This document shows positions 1 to 15,100 of a DNA stretch of 64,000 nt, piece by piece. Position 1 is the first letter of the stretch. Every line of letters starts with the position of its first letter. A model generated the notes under the pieces. It made no database searches. It was not told the DNA's origin and saw nothing but the letters and a program-made list of their open reading frames with translations. The translations under genes were made by a program, and so were the position numbers. Origin of the DNA: Bispira polyomma (lineage: Eukaryota); contig OZ287751.1 of the NCBI GenBank assembly GCA_965649765.1, forward strand, positions 80,290,001 through 80,354,000, written 5' to 3'.

Positions 1-185
1 AGGTGACGGGCAATGCCAGGCGATTTTTTTCGCTCCTAGTACCGAAAAAATCGCCTGGCATTGCCTGTCGCCTATTGACGTGGCTCACATGGAAACACTT
101 GTTTATAAATCAATGAAACTGATAGAATCGCCGCCGGCCGTCGCCTGAACGCCTCAGAAAGTTGCCTGCATGGAAACGCTCACTT
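1..185. mobile_element. End of a non-autonomous DNA transposon with an internal hairpin
   Basis: 1-29 is nearly the reverse complement of 45-73; ends GGAAACGCTCAC followed by TTAA. Confidence 0.45.
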
Positions 186-3101
186 AATCTCACTATCAGG
201 GCTGATCAATTATCTGAATGTATACAAATGTCAGTATCTTATGTCTTTTTTTAATCAGGTTGAGTCTGGTGTTGTTCTCACTTTGGAAAGGGCACCGCCA
301 TTGAAAAAGGTTGCCGCCATCTTAGAAATAATATGTAAGGCCTTCATGGATTGGTTGAAAGGAATGAACCTGTCCAAACTGAGGAGGTGTCAGATTTGCC
401 TTGGTATATAGGGGCAATATCAACCCCTGTATCTTTTTAAAAGACACTTCTTGTTTTGGTTTAATTTTGGCGGGTAAACTAAATCTTAATATACTTATTG
501 CTGTTCTCTTTTTTGGCATTAATGAAAGTTTGCATTCAATTTGACATATTTCCTCAGTAGTTTAAACTTTTAACTTTGAATTTAACTTCCATTATTTTTA
601 CTGTGTACAAATATATACAAGTGGATATTTATTACACCTTCGTACTTTCAAATAGTCTTTTTATGGACGTTCCATAAGTTTGTGCCAAACATACATCACA
701 CAAAAAAGCTTTGAAGTACACTGTACATTCTCAAACCGGTTGTATGTCTTAATGCATGACCTAAACTAGTGGCTGAATCTTCTATCTCTGCTTGTATAAG
801 TCTACATTTTCCAGTACCCTTGGAGATTCGTGGATATCATAATTAAATTAGCAGGTATATTGGTATAGCATATATTTAATTTTTAAAATTGTAAACAGAA
901 GTAATGCAGATATTAGTATAAAGGCTATATAGTAAGCTACTTTAATGCAGCACATTCTTTTATATATATATTCTATAGCTTAATTGATATTATTAAATTG
1001 AATGTATGTGGATAAAATTATTAATTTGGCAAGGTGATTTTGATGTTTAGTTTGTGCAATACAAGATGACCTCAACTTAGAGAATATATCGTTGCCATTA
1101 TTTCACTATAGCACTTCATACACATGTAGTTTGAACTCTCTATGTACATAGTTATGTTACTGGGTTAATTACACCTTTACTTTTGCAATGACTGTAGAAA
1201 TTATTATTGTCAAATGTGACCGTTTTTCAATACAGAGGTCTCGTGATGGCAATTAGCCTAGATGAGGCCTATATGGGATAAAGTTATATTAATTACATAA
1301 TTTGATTTTGGGTTAAACGTTGCTTTCAACACATTGTATTGGTAATATCACGAAGAACAGTTTCAGTGCTGGAGAAAACCAGTAAATACTCGGTGGTCAA
1401 GATTTTACACTATAAACCAGCGACCATTGGTAATGGCTTGGTCACACATACACGTGCTATCGTCCAACAATGTACCAAAGCCATATAAACTGAAAACGTG
1501 GTAGTTTTGTGTCAAAGTGACGTCTTTTTCATAAATGTGCAGTCGATTGTGACGTTTTGTGACGATGTTGGTACTTATAAATACAGAGAGGGGCAAATTC
1601 GATCACTTTACTGGTAGGATATCACTACCTGCCACTACGCTGAGCTACTGTACTGCTGCATTTTGTGACTTAGTGAAAAGTTCCATGACGAATACAGACA
1701 AGTAGAGACAATATCACTACTTACTGCTGCATTATGCTATGTTACATTATGCTACTTATACAGACATATGGAAACATCCTCGAAAAACAAAGAGCTCTGC
1801 CACGATTATTTCAAACAGTTTGAAGTAATGGTGGCAGCGGACCAAATGACCATGTTTCCGGAACAATATCATCGGTTAAGCAAAGTCACGGAACAAACGC
1901 AGCAGGGAGCCTCACTTTTGCATTACCTTCTAACTATGATATATGAGTTTTCAAAACAGTTCAAAACGTCACACACACGTAGCTCCAGCACGTGTAGGTG
2001 TGACTAGGCTTGAAGAAACTGCCAACTTTCCCACTTAAAGCCCAGGCTGAGATATGAACTGGGACTATTGAAGTGGGAGGCGAGAGAGTTAGCACTATTA
2101 CATGATTTAACACTTTGTGGTTTGGCTGCCTTTTCAGAATAAAAACAATACCAGATTGCCCCTGATAAAAAAGACTACTCAAGTTACAGGTATATTTTCC
2201 AATGAGAGCCTACGGAGAGACTAGTTTTGTATAGGTTCTAAAATGCAAAGAAGGAAGACCCGCTTTTCCTTTACAGTATCACACATTTACAAATGCATTG
2301 CATGATTTATATGTTTAGTCTTTCCAATTAATCAATACATCACATTCACTGAAGCATTTCATACATGCACAGTTATTATTGATCCAGAGAGTCATTTGTA
2401 TCTGTGACTGACGTTTTCATTGGTCGGCCTTTGGTGTTTCAGGTTTTTAACCATGCCCATATGGTCATGCATTGTAGCAGATGTTATTGATTGGTAACGG
2501 GAAGCCACGGAAATGCACGTGAGGTCTTTTAAATTAGCCTTAATGTTTGGAATTCCAAGTAAAAAAAAACGTTGCATCTATATTATATACCATAGTTATA
2601 TACATACAAAAAAAAGTTCAGTGTTATAATTGATAATTAACTAAATTAAAGATGAACTGTCTATAGAACAGTGATATTTAGATTTGAGGTGGTCTTAATT
2701 ATGATAGCTTTTAGTTGTGAATGCTTTATTGTTATCCCAGGCAAGCATATTTTACATATTCCAATAACTCTTTGAAAGTGTGTAACTAAAATGTCCTGAA
2801 ACTGTAGTGCCTGAAATAGGTAAAAAGAACAGTTGAGAGACATAGTTTAAATATTTCGTTTCTTATAATGAAATGTTGATAAAACCACTTATTTGAAATA
2901 ATTGACAAAAAATAAGACAAATCAAGTTTTATTCTGTGTATAATCATGTGTTACCTACTATAATATTTGTGAGAACATAAATTGTTGATAAATGTATGAC
3001 ATTTACATTTGTTATTTATTTATTTAGGATATATTTTATATAGCTAGTGGAAGAAGTGGATATATCTCATTCATCAGGATATTATAGTGCTTTGCATAAC
3101 A

Positions 3102-3171
3102 ATGATAATTATCACAGGATTACTTTTGTGCCTGTGTGCCGGATTACAAGAAGTTAGTGCACAGGATGAAG
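3102..3171 (+). CDS. Exon 1: signal peptide
   Basis: MIIITGLLLCLCAGLQEVSA-QDE; donor AAG|GTATGT; acceptor CATCAG at 3077 implies an upstream 5'UTR exon. Confidence 0.75.
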
Positions 3172-6100
3172 GTATGTTGTATTTATGTATATTTAAAATC
3201 ACACTTGTTGCCTGGGGGTTAGGGTGTCAGAACTTTGGATCTGAGGAATTTGATGGTCCAGGTTTGATCCTCGCTGCAAGCCTAGAAATTTTGCCCTTTG
3301 GACAAGGTATTTTACACAAAGTTTTCCCTCTCTACCGAGGTGTATAAATGGGTACCTGGCCACTAATGGGTGTTAAGGTGATGTATCTTATCTATGTTTA
3401 CACACAGTATGCAAGTTTAAGTGTTTTTTATCTGTTCTATGTTTTAATATAAATAACAAATGCACTTACCTTAAAAGAGGTAAGTAAGAAGAAAATATTA
3501 AATTTACTGGTGGGCTATCTTTGATGATATGTATGTTTGCATCATTTCGCAGTAAATTTACACCAAGAAAACATCTTCATTATGCATCATCCGGCCGAAT
3601 CATTCGCCTTAGTATAGCTACAAAGAAGATGAATCCCATATGGGATTTAAATCCCACTGCGTAAAAAAAAGGATGCGGCTGTGTGTGTTTAGACCTTTAG
3701 TCTGTGCGCCAATATATGTGGCAGTATGGCTAGTCTGATCCATTAGGAAGCTGAGAGTGAACAATTGCTTGACAAGTGGAAGAACCCAGGCTTTTTATTG
3801 TTTTTTTTTTTTTACATATAAAAAATCCTAGACATGATACAGGTATTAGACATACATTTTAATATCACACTAAACAGATACATTACACTAAACATGATAC
3901 AGGTATTAAACGTACGTTTGAATATTACACTAAACAGAGACATTACACTAAACATGATACAGGTATTAAACGTACGTTTGAATATTACACTAAACAGATA
4001 CATTACACTAAACATGATACAGGTATTAAAAATAATTGTTCAACTTGTTTCTTTGCTACTTTAAAATAATTGTCTCAAGTAGATCCTCTTCACCAATATC
4101 AAAATATGCAGTTTCTTGAGCAGTAATGTCTACTGTTATCCATGTTTTTAACCCTTTGGTCCTCTATGTTGTTAGCAAGCAGTAGACGACATTTATTTAG
4201 TGGGGAAAACTAGACCTATCCTTGTTGACCCGTAACAGTTTTATTACCTGTATATATATTCACTTAAGGTTACTATACAGTTAAGCACACATATATAGCA
4301 AATACAAAGAACTTATGTTATTTCCATCTGCATCCATAGAAAAAGATTCCAGAACCTTTTGGTGCGGAATTGGATGAAAATGGCATCAATTAATTGTGTT
4401 TGTTGTCTGTCAGGTTAACTGAATGGATATATTTCTTGAATATTTCTACTGGTAATAACATGGGTACAGGTGAACAACAGATAGGTCAAGTTCCCCATTA
4501 ACTCCTAGAACCTACGTCAACAAGCAGTCGACGCCCCACTTAAACATTTTATTTTCCTTCAGTTCCTCTAAATGGGAAATTGTTTGTAGACTTCTTTGTT
4601 TAAACAATTATACGCAAGGTCGTTATTGAGTACAAGAAGTATTCTGTGGTGTGTGTTTTAGTTACTGTGCAGCTTTCTGTAATCTATTCCCCAAAAATTC
4701 TTTCAGTTCATGGGGATAGTTTTCTCTTGGGGTTAAAAGGGTTATACATGTATGTATTTTCTGTAATAAATCAAGGTTTTTAGCACTTTCATAAACCAGC
4801 TGTGTGGTCTTGCAAACTTGCAACAGAAATAACCCAAAGTTATATCAATAAAAAGCCTGCACAATCTTGTATAGTGGCATAATTTCAACTGAGCTTTATA
4901 AGTACATGTATTTTCCATTGAAAGTTTAAGAAGTAAGAGAAATAATTTTTATAAATGTAGATTTTTTAATGGCAAATGAGTTTGTTGAATGAAAAAAAAT
5001 AGTGTACAAACCCCATATAACTATTATAATTACATAGTCATTAATGTTTTTCCAAAAACTAAATAGCTTTAACCTGGCTTTGTGGCACCAGGATATGTAT
5101 AGACTGATCCCATGTATTAAAACGATTCCAGTGATATATAGTTTTTTTTTTTTTAAATCCAGCCAAAAATAAAGGTTTCTCTTACCAAATATGGCTTCAA
5201 AATGATTTTTTCACTACCCACATCCTTATCTGCAACAAAGGGTCCCATTCCTTAAAAATATGGACGTGGATGCGAATAGGTTTATCTTGATCAAATGTTT
5301 GATTGCCATTTCTAATTTTACGGATATGGATGTGAAAGGTGAAAAAAGTACCGTTCTATCTGATGCCACTTTATCGTATTATATGTTTAGGCGGTGTTAC
5401 ATATGGGGACATTGTGGTGTGTTGAAGAAAAACCGGTCTAGTTAGTACTAATGGTCTTACACTCTGCTGGAGTGATCTATTTATAGATTTGGGGAAACCC
5501 CTAAGCTTCTAGAAACCGGTTCTATTTTATTTCTGAAGGTTATTAAAGTTGTATTCATATGTATATCTCATCTCTGGAATGTCCTAGCGATTGCTTACAC
5601 ATTCTAGCAACCTTCTCTAGCAGTGGTATATATAAGGGTTGACAGCCTGGCCACAGAAGAGAGTTAATTGAGCTGAGGTGCTATATGAATGCTATATGAA
5701 CTACTATACTGTGGATATAAACTGTTTGTTACATACATTTTGTGGTGAACTCATTGGAGTGAACTAGATAAAAGTTGTGGATCTACCAGAGATTGGATTT
5801 ACTGCATATTGGATATTGTTTGCATCCTGGACTGGATAGCTTAGTTGTGCAGACTTTCTGGATATATACATTTTGTGTGCATGGACACTGAACAGATAAC
5901 AGGATACAGGCATTGTGTGGACATTGAGCGGATCTCAAGACAGATTGCTGGATACAGTGGACAAACTGGTTTAATTGTTATTTGAGTGGACAGGACTGTG
6001 GTCAGGTCAGATTGATTTCATTATTGTATTATTGTGTGAGCTATTAAGGGTATCTCAGTTGACTGTAATTTTGTCATTGTATAATTTTGTAATTCTGTAA

Positions 6101-9100
6101 TTGTTATTTTATTTGTTAAATAAATTTGTTAAGTGAAACTTTTTATCTTTTCCTGTTACAACCTCAAAGCAACCGGTAATTGCTACCACGCTGGCTCCCG
6201 TCACCGTAACAGGAAAATTGGGGGCTCGTCCGGGATCTAACCATTTGATCTAACTATTTTATAGCTTTTTGAAAATTCATTTATTTTGTTGAAAAATATA
6301 TTACAGTCAACAGTGCTCAAAATGGCTAGTGCTAAAGAGTTTGTACAGTCACCATCTATTGAGGTTCTAGAAACTTTTAAAAAAGATATGTTAATGCAGA
6401 TAGCACAGGAATTACAGTTAGATGTGAAAAGGTCAACACGTAAACATGAACTTAAAAGGCTTATTGTTGAACAGTTAGTTGATGAAGACCTTTTGCATGA
6501 TAGTTGTTTAGAAGTGTATGAACCTCTGCCAATGGAACCTTCTGGGCAATTTGAGATCAGGCGATTAGAAATTGAAAGAGAGCTAAAACTTAAAGAGCTT
6601 GAAGCTCAGCAACAAAGGCGAAAAGAAGAGCTTGAGCTTGAGGCTCAAAGGCGAAAAGAAGAGCTTGAGCTTGAGGCTCAAAGGCGAAAAGAAGAGCTCG
6701 AAGCTCAAAAATTTGAAAAAGAGCTTGAACTTAAACATGAAAGGGAAATGAAGGCTTTGGAACTCAATGCTCGCCGAATTGCCCATGAAGAGTCCATGGC
6801 AACCAAATTTGATTTGGGTAAAAATATGCGACTGGTACCACCTTTCAACGAGTCCGAAGTTGATAAATATTTTCAACACTTTGAGCGAGTAGCTCAAAAT
6901 TTGAAATGGCCCACAAACCAGTGGCCTTTATTGCTGCAAAGTGTTTTCAAAGGCAAAGCCCAAGAGGCATATACAGCTTTGCCAATTTCTGAATGTAGAG
7001 ATTATGACTGTGTGAAAAATGCTATCTTGAAAGCATATGAGTTGGTACCAGAAGCATATCGTCAAAAATTCAGAAATTATCGTAAGCAAGAAAATCAAAC
7101 TTATGTTGAATTTGCCCATGAAAAAGAAGTGTACTTTGACAGATGGTGTAATTCTAGAGAAGTTGGTACAGACTTTGAAAAGCTTAGGCAAGTCATTTTA
7201 ATTGAGGAGTTCAAAAGGGGTGTTCGTGATGACATTAAAACCTATCTGAGTGAACAGAAAGTAGAAAATTTGCAAAAAGCAGCAGCTTATGCTGATGATT
7301 ATGCGCTGACTCACAAGTCCACTTTTAACAAGAGTAAATCCTCTGGTCCCACAAAGAAGTTTTATCCTGAAGTAGGAAAGAAATTAGAAAATGTAGCTCC
7401 AGAAAAGAGTTCAGATAAGTTTCAAACAACAAGGTACTGTAACTTGTCTTTCTGCCTTAGTAAAACGGATGTTCCTTCTAGGAAAAATATACCCCCTAAA
7501 ACTATTGAGACGGAAGACATACAGTCGTGATGAAATAATACTAGGAAACTCACGGAAATGGGTGAAAACAGACGATTATTGGGACGAAAATGTTATAGTA
7601 GTGAATTGGCAATACTCGGAAATGGGCGGAACCACTCTACCACCTTTTCCCACCTTGGTGAGGCAGAAGTTTTGACCCTACCCAAAACTCCCTCCTCACA
7701 CGGCTGACTGCAGAAGGTTTGGGATTAGGAAGCTGAAGTTAAGGCAGTTAAGTTATAGATAGGGTTTTTCGCACCAGAAGGCGTTTTTCTAATCTTCGCT
7801 TACTGTCTCTACATACCGGGGGGCCGCGGTGGCCTAGTGGTTAGCAAGCATTGCGCTTCACAATCACTGGTCTCTCACCTCTGGGTGGCGTGAGTTCGAA
7901 TCCTGTCGATGCCTATGTGGGAAAGGTGGTAGTTCCTTACTGTGAGCCGCTGGTTTCTCTGCAGGACCTTGACCAACTGTATGCAGTGTTTCCTCCAGCG
8001 TTTCCAACTACCTACCAAATATCCAAATTCAAATTCAAAGTCTCTACATACCGGCATAGTGAGAACCACACCAGTCTAGCTTAGGCCTTACACTGTTGTC
8101 TTCTGTTCAGATTGTGTGAACCTCCACGATAGTGATGCTCAGTGTGAACAGTGGGCCAGAGACAATCAATGTGTAATCAACCCTACATGGATGGTCATTT
8201 ACTGTAGGAAGGCTTGTGAGGCTTGTCTGGAAACAGGTAAGGAGGGAGTGAGGGGAAGGGGGGGGGGATAAGATGTCTTATTAGTCCATTTGTCTGTGGG
8301 AGCCGAACTTAGGATTTGGCTGATCTTAAGATGGCTATGGCCCAATTAAAGATCATAATTTTAGTAGCCTATCTTAAGATGGGATGGCCGGTCCATCTCA
8401 AGATTGGTCAGCAAAACTAGTCCAACTTAATTTGTTAAGTGCTTAAAATATATAATGCTATAAAGGTATTTCTATTACATTTTTGATAATTAATTCAATG
8501 TAAATTATTTTACATTTGATCACAGCTCTCAACTTTTTATCCAATGCTGACTACTATTCACTGAAAGATATGGATTTTTTTTTACTGAGGAACTTATATT
8601 TCAAATGAATTCCAAAATTAGAATCTGAAGTTTGGCTAGAGCCCATTTTAAGATTGGCCAAATCTTATTATTTAACCATAACGATTAATAAAATTAATGA
8701 TTCACTATTTATATGGTTAAGTATGCATATTTTAAGTAAGCTAAGCTGTATATAAAACTCCCTGCGAGACGTCAAGTCCCATACTTGGTGAAATTGTGTT
8801 GTTTACTCTGTAGGAGTAAGTTAGTAACACTTTTCTTTTTGTATTCAGTAGAATATATATATGGTGTGCATGAATGAATATCATTTGTGCTACAATTTAT
8901 GCACCTATTTTGAAAATGTTACAATGTTTTTTTTTTATTTTTTGTGTAAATGTCACAATATATATTGTTCATTATTCTATTTTCTGTTTTTTTTTTACAA
9001 ACCGCTATAAATATAGCTTTAATTATGTACATATTTTATGTTCAATTTGCACTGTGCACTAAATATGCACCCCTTTCACTGCTGTTCTGCTAAAAACACA

Positions 9101-12100
9101 CAGTGCATCATTCAAAGAATTTGAGCTGGAGTAAAATTTTGTTTGAGACTTACTCGGGAATTTACGGAAGCCTATATCTAGTAATTACTAGAAACAGCTA
9201 TCTTGTAATTACTAGATAGTCCTATCTAGTAATTACTAGATAGGGTTATCTAGTAATTACTAAATAAGTGCTTCTCGTAATTACAAGATAGCTGCTTCTA
9301 GTAATTACTAGATATATCTTGTAATTACTAGATATATGTTGTAATTACAAGATAGGTGTTTCTTGTAATTACAAAAAGTAGCTATCTTGTAATTACGAGA
9401 AAGACCTATCTAGTAATTACTAGATAGCCCTATCTTGTAATTACTAGATAAGTGTATCTTGTAATTACAAGGTATATCTAGTAATTACAAGATAGCTTTT
9501 TCTAGTAATTACAAGATAGGGATATCTTGTAATTAGAGGATAGAGCTATCTTGTAATTACTAGATAATTCTTATTTTTTATGTGTGAGCTGTATAGGCTT
9601 CCATAGGAATTCAAGGTCAAAACATAATCCAGTATATGCCGAGTTTTCTGTCGTTAGTGAGGCCTTGATTTACTGATGTACGCATAGCGAGAGACAGAGT
9701 TGTTTACCATAGCCAATCGTTGCAAATCTGACACATTTACAAAGATTTGCTATAGTATGCAACTCTGTCGCCAACTGCCCCAAATCAGTAAACATGTGTT
9801 ACTATGACGTATATAATACAAGATTCCATGTTTTATGTTATAAAGACCTCGCATGTGCAAACCTGTATGGCAATGACACTCTGTGCAGTCAGTGGGCCAA
9901 TCAGAGTGAGTGTATCATCAACCCTGGGTGGATGGTTCCCAACTGCAGATATGCATGCAGCGCCTGCAGTCATTTGGGTAGTGGGCTATGTTTTTGTTTT
10001 ATACGTTTCTTACAGAGATGTAAAAATGTACTGTTTGCTTCCTCTATGAAACACCCCCTCATTTGGTAGGGTAAAATGTGTGTCTTTATAGACAGGCGAG
10101 TCTTTACATACATGTAAAAACATAAAGCAACCAATAGTAGAGGGTAGTTTAAAGAAGGCTATTTATGGACAGGGTATTTGTTTAATACATTAGTGCTCTC
10201 TCAAATAGTCAATGTTCCAAAATCTGGTCGAGTCCAATTTCCGGTCTAAACATTTTTAACGTTACAATTGAGATGCATTACACATAAAAATCACAAACTT
10301 TAAATGTTTGAAATAGAAATGTTTGTTTATATAAATACACATAACGATGGCCAGATTCAACGGTGGAAGAAACCCGTGCGAACATTGGTGAGAGGCCAAT
10401 GAATCTAAAGCAAGCACTTCTAACCACTAGGCCCCATAATAAGGGTTGAATAAGCAGTGGTATTGCCGTATTGTACACAGTACTAGGTATGTTGAACGAT
10501 ATACAGGACAGTCACATAGAACTCTTCCACAGCAACGTACTCGCCTCACACTTCTGTAGTTGTGGGTTAAAATGTTGTCTATGGCGTTTATGTGAGAGTT
10601 GGCGATAGACTTGCTGAAAGCCTGTTGCTCTGATTTCTTTCACCATTTGATTTTCACGATTTGATTATCTTTCATATGACACAAGACATGTAGAAAGTGA
10701 CTTTAATTTTAACTACATTAAACTCTAAGAAATAGATTTAAATCTAACAAACACTTCTCATCTAAAATATCAGGAAAACATGCTTGACACTTGGCAACCA
10801 GTGGGTAAAATGTTCGATTAGTAATAAAATTATACTAGAACCTCTATTATCCGAACATGTTGGAAGAGCTAGATTTTGTCCGGATAATAGAAGGTTAATA
10901 GAAAAAGGAAAATAGAAGAGGCATTTCTGTTTAAAACAATATATATATATATATATAAACAGAAAAATATAAGTTTGAAAGAGTGAAACTGAGTTCATAA
11001 AATGAAATATTCGGAAAATAGAAGTTCGGATACAAAAGGTTCCACTGCACAATCATGAATGCACATATCACATATTAGCTCCTTAGAATTTAATAAACCA
11101 CGAGAAAAACTGCGCGCTAAAAAAGTTTGATAATATTAAAAACATGTCACAAGACATTCACTTCCCTTCACTGCTACTGCTCTGTAGGGTGTACGAATGA
11201 AGAAGGATTTTCCCATAACTGTGATTGGTGGGCATTTGACGCTAACTGTCGGGGCAGTCATGATGTGTTGACTCTTGAAATGTGTACAAGATCGTGTGGA
11301 TTGTGTCCTCAGTTTACTGAAGAAGAAACCACAACACTGAGTACCGTTTCTGTTTTTGTCACCGTTGATTCTAAAACCTCACTCGACTGGTTACCGACTT
11401 CTGTCAGCTCAGAGGAAGCAGAAAGCGGTGATGGTATTTATGCGTTATTTTTTTAAAATAATTTACGTGTGACTGTCATTGGCTTACCTGTTTATGTATT
11501 CACTGACATGGTTATAATTGGTGATACATGTTGCACTGTGTCAGGCTTTGTGTTGATTTGCCTTGTTTTTCACAGTTTTTGTTTGTGTGCAATTTGATAA
11601 ACATTAAGCTGTTTTTAATCACAAAGGTTTTACACACTTAAACTAGCAATAATCTCCAGAACTAGATTTTTATGTACATGTGTACACAAGGAAGATTGTC
11701 TAAAATCTGACCACATATATTCGAGTTTTTTGCTGAAAGTGCTGGTCAAATGAATGGTAAGATTACTAGGTTATTCATCTTCATAAGGAACTCTACATAC
11801 GTAGTATTTTAGTTTAAGTATAAGTTTAAGACCTTTGATAAAAAACAGACCCTTGCTTTTTGTTTAAATGTAGTTTGTTATGTTACATTGCTACAGCACC
11901 TTGTCTTACACAGTTTTTATAGTAGTTTAATTTCAATCCATTTCTTCAGAAATTTAAAACATCTTGTTAATCATTATAATATTCATGATTGTCATATTGG
12001 CATTTGTATATGAAAACACACTTTGGAAATCCACTTTGGTGTAAACCATTCAATTTTTATTCCTCTAATTCTACCACACAAAAGCATACCGGTATTTGCA

Positions 12101-15100
12101 TAATGACTCATGTTATGTTACAAAAAAGTTTGTAATCAAACAGGTTCCGGTGATGACGACATTGTAGATGATTTGTCCAATACTATAATTCCTATTACCA
12201 CAACATCTGCTGAACCAAATACTGATAGTACTCATGCTGATATAACAACATCTGAGGTACCTCCTACCAGTACCCCAATCAAAACAGAGAAAACTACCTT
12301 CTATACACCAGAGGACAGCCATAGTCACATTACAACAACAATTAACTTTCATGACATTAGTTCTGTGGCGATTAACATGAATGAGACAGAGGATGAAGAC
12401 TTCATTACATTATTACCATCCGATATTACAACTGAATCTGTGGCTACACACTTGACTACTGAGGCCTCGACTAGCACTGCATATACCATAGAAACTGTGA
12501 CTCAAGATTACACTGAAATAGCCAGTACTTTCTCCTCAGGGGAAGAATTCTCTGGCGAAATGCATGTCTCTACAGACAGTTTGTTTCATACAACTGATGA
12601 AGACACCAGCACCGGTTTTACAGTGGCAGAAAATAGGACGAACCTCACAACTGATGAGATTAAGAGTATCTCAGACATCACAACAACTACTTCAGATGAA
12701 TATGACTTGGAAACAACTACAAAAGAAGCCATGTTTCCCACTACTAACTACAATGATTATAGTGTGGATGACTTATCTGGTGATGCAGAAACTACAGTAT
12801 CTCAAACAGGTGCAGTGGATATTAACACAGTGGTTATCAATGAACCAACAGAACTTGTGTTTTCCACAACTAAAGATGATTATTCTGGGGATGTAGACAC
12901 CACATTGTCTCATACAAAGAGTGTTGAAACAAGCAGTATGTTTAGTGAACCACCACTATTGACAGTGTCTGAAAGGTATGATCCCTTAACTACAGATTCA
13001 CCAGAACATTTGACTACAGACACAGAGGCAGGATCTACTGAGGGTGTCCAAGGCACACCAAGCTCAGATATGACCATGACCACAGAGCCAGATGGATCAG
13101 ATGTCAAAACAGATGAATATACAACAAAAAGCTTTAGTACTACTATAGATATACTCGAAGGAACAGAAACTGACAGTTATTCAGGAGATATAGAGGTTAC
13201 AATGAATGCAGAGATGACTTCGGTTTTTGATATAACAAGGACAGACACTTCTGAAACATCCTATGATGTATTTCAAACTACAGGTATGGACATCCAAAGG
13301 TCCACAGGCCATACAAGCATGGTTACAAGTATGGGGACATCAGAGGCATTTGAAGATTTGGAACTTACCACAGAGTTCGAAGTGGAGAGTACCAGAAGAG
13401 ACTTGGATGATTTCACTAGTCTTTCAGATGGAGCAACTACTGTAGACACAGAAGAGCATACAAGTCAGAGAGGTATTACTAATGTTAAAACAACACAAAT
13501 TTTGGAAGAGTTTGAACTTACCACAGGGTATGAAGTAGACATTACTGACCAAGACATGAGTGATTCCTCTGGTATCCCAGATGTTACAACTGATTTTATA
13601 AACTTAAGTACTTATGAATTATTTAAGGAAGAAACTGAAGATTTTTCTGGTGATCTAGAGCTTACCACTGCTCCTGATGAAGACATTTCAGATACCACTT
13701 TAGTTTATTCAAGTTTAGGAGAGCTTTCCAGTGTTGGTGCTGATATCATAACTACAGATGAGACATCTGAAGATTTAATGTTAACTACAAACTTTGAATT
13801 TGATAAAACTGAACTACACCAAAGCTATTCAAATCTAGATACTACTTCTGTCTATGACCCTACTTCTGCAGATTATACAGAACAGGAGCAAATTACTACA
13901 CTGTCTGCTACTTTGGAAGTCACAATAGACATGAGTATGACATCAGTGACAATGTCTGATGCAGAGAAAACAGACTTTATGACAGATGAAGACTTAATAG
14001 AAAGTACATCAGTGACTACATCTGAAGAAACTAAGGATTTTACCACGTATGTTGACAAGACTACTACTTATGACTTTACAACAACTGCAGAACCTATCTA
14101 TACCACCAAAGAATCATCAGATGATATGGACAAAATTACACAGGACCATGAATGGACTAAAGAATTCCAAACAGACTGGGTACCGGATGTAACATCTCAG
14201 GACATAGATATTACTACAGGATATATTAGCTCTGTTTCTGGTGAGACAGATGAAACTGTGCAATATGAAACTACAAGACCATTCCAATATTCAACACCTG
14301 ATGGTATTGTATCTACAAGTATAGAAGATGTATTCACTGATGCAAGTGGTGAAATGTCAACTGAGTCCGTTGGAAATGACACAAGAATGGTTACAACTGA
14401 AATATTGACATTTTATACAAATTTATTAGAAAGTAGTAACGTTTCTACTACAACATTTACCCAGATGGACACCTTACCAGAAGAGACAGTAACAGAAAAA
14501 ACAGAACAAACATCAAGTATAGATGTGGATAAAGCAACTATATCAACCATACCAGACACTACACATGGTGAAGTGTTTATTTCAGTAACATTAGAGACAG
14601 ATACATCATCAGGAGAAACAGTGGCTGATACCACCGAAAAGACAGAGAATACAATTTATTGGAGTCCATATGTCACCACTGAAGTAGATACTGAATTGAG
14701 CACTGATACAGCTGAGCACTCTACCAAGGAAGGTGACATGTGGACTACAATGGATGAGGTAGAATACATTACCTCTGAAGTGAATTATACAACCAGTAGT
14801 GATGATAGCACTGAAGATATGGGAACATCAGATTTTAAAACTGCTTACTTTACTACTCAATTAGATGATAGTGTGACTTTGTCTAATACCCCTGAGTACC
14901 ATACCACTGAAGTGGATTTTGAGGTTAGTGATATTGTTACCACTGAAGACATGGTAGCATCCACTGAAGCAGATGTGGAAACCTCTGCCTCTACAACTCA
15001 CTTCTTTACCAGTGAGTCAGATGTTGAAATTAGTGAAGATAGTTCTGGAGATTTTGTGACTTCATCAGGCACCTCTGAGTATTATACTACTGAAATGATT

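Noticed and set aside
322-2843. Short ORFs upstream of the gene
   Set aside because: No recognisable domains or splice-consistent structure; the promoter and 5'UTR exon could not be located
7820-7905. tRNA gene
   Set aside because: No complete cloverleaf; continues into a SINE body, tail and TSD
7433-8111. Gag-ShK fusion by splicing from AG|GTACTG
   Set aside because: The donor is phase 2 relative to gag and exon 2 needs phase 1, so the fusion is out of frame
9176-9566. CRISPR-like array of palindromic repeats
   Set aside because: Linkers are only 2-6 bp, there are no cas genes, and it is bounded by TIRs and a TSD in a spliceosomal intron
12113-14634. Antisense and alternative-frame ORFs over mucin exons (also 43464-44500)
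   Set aside because: Shadows of low-complexity Thr/Ser/Asp/Glu codons
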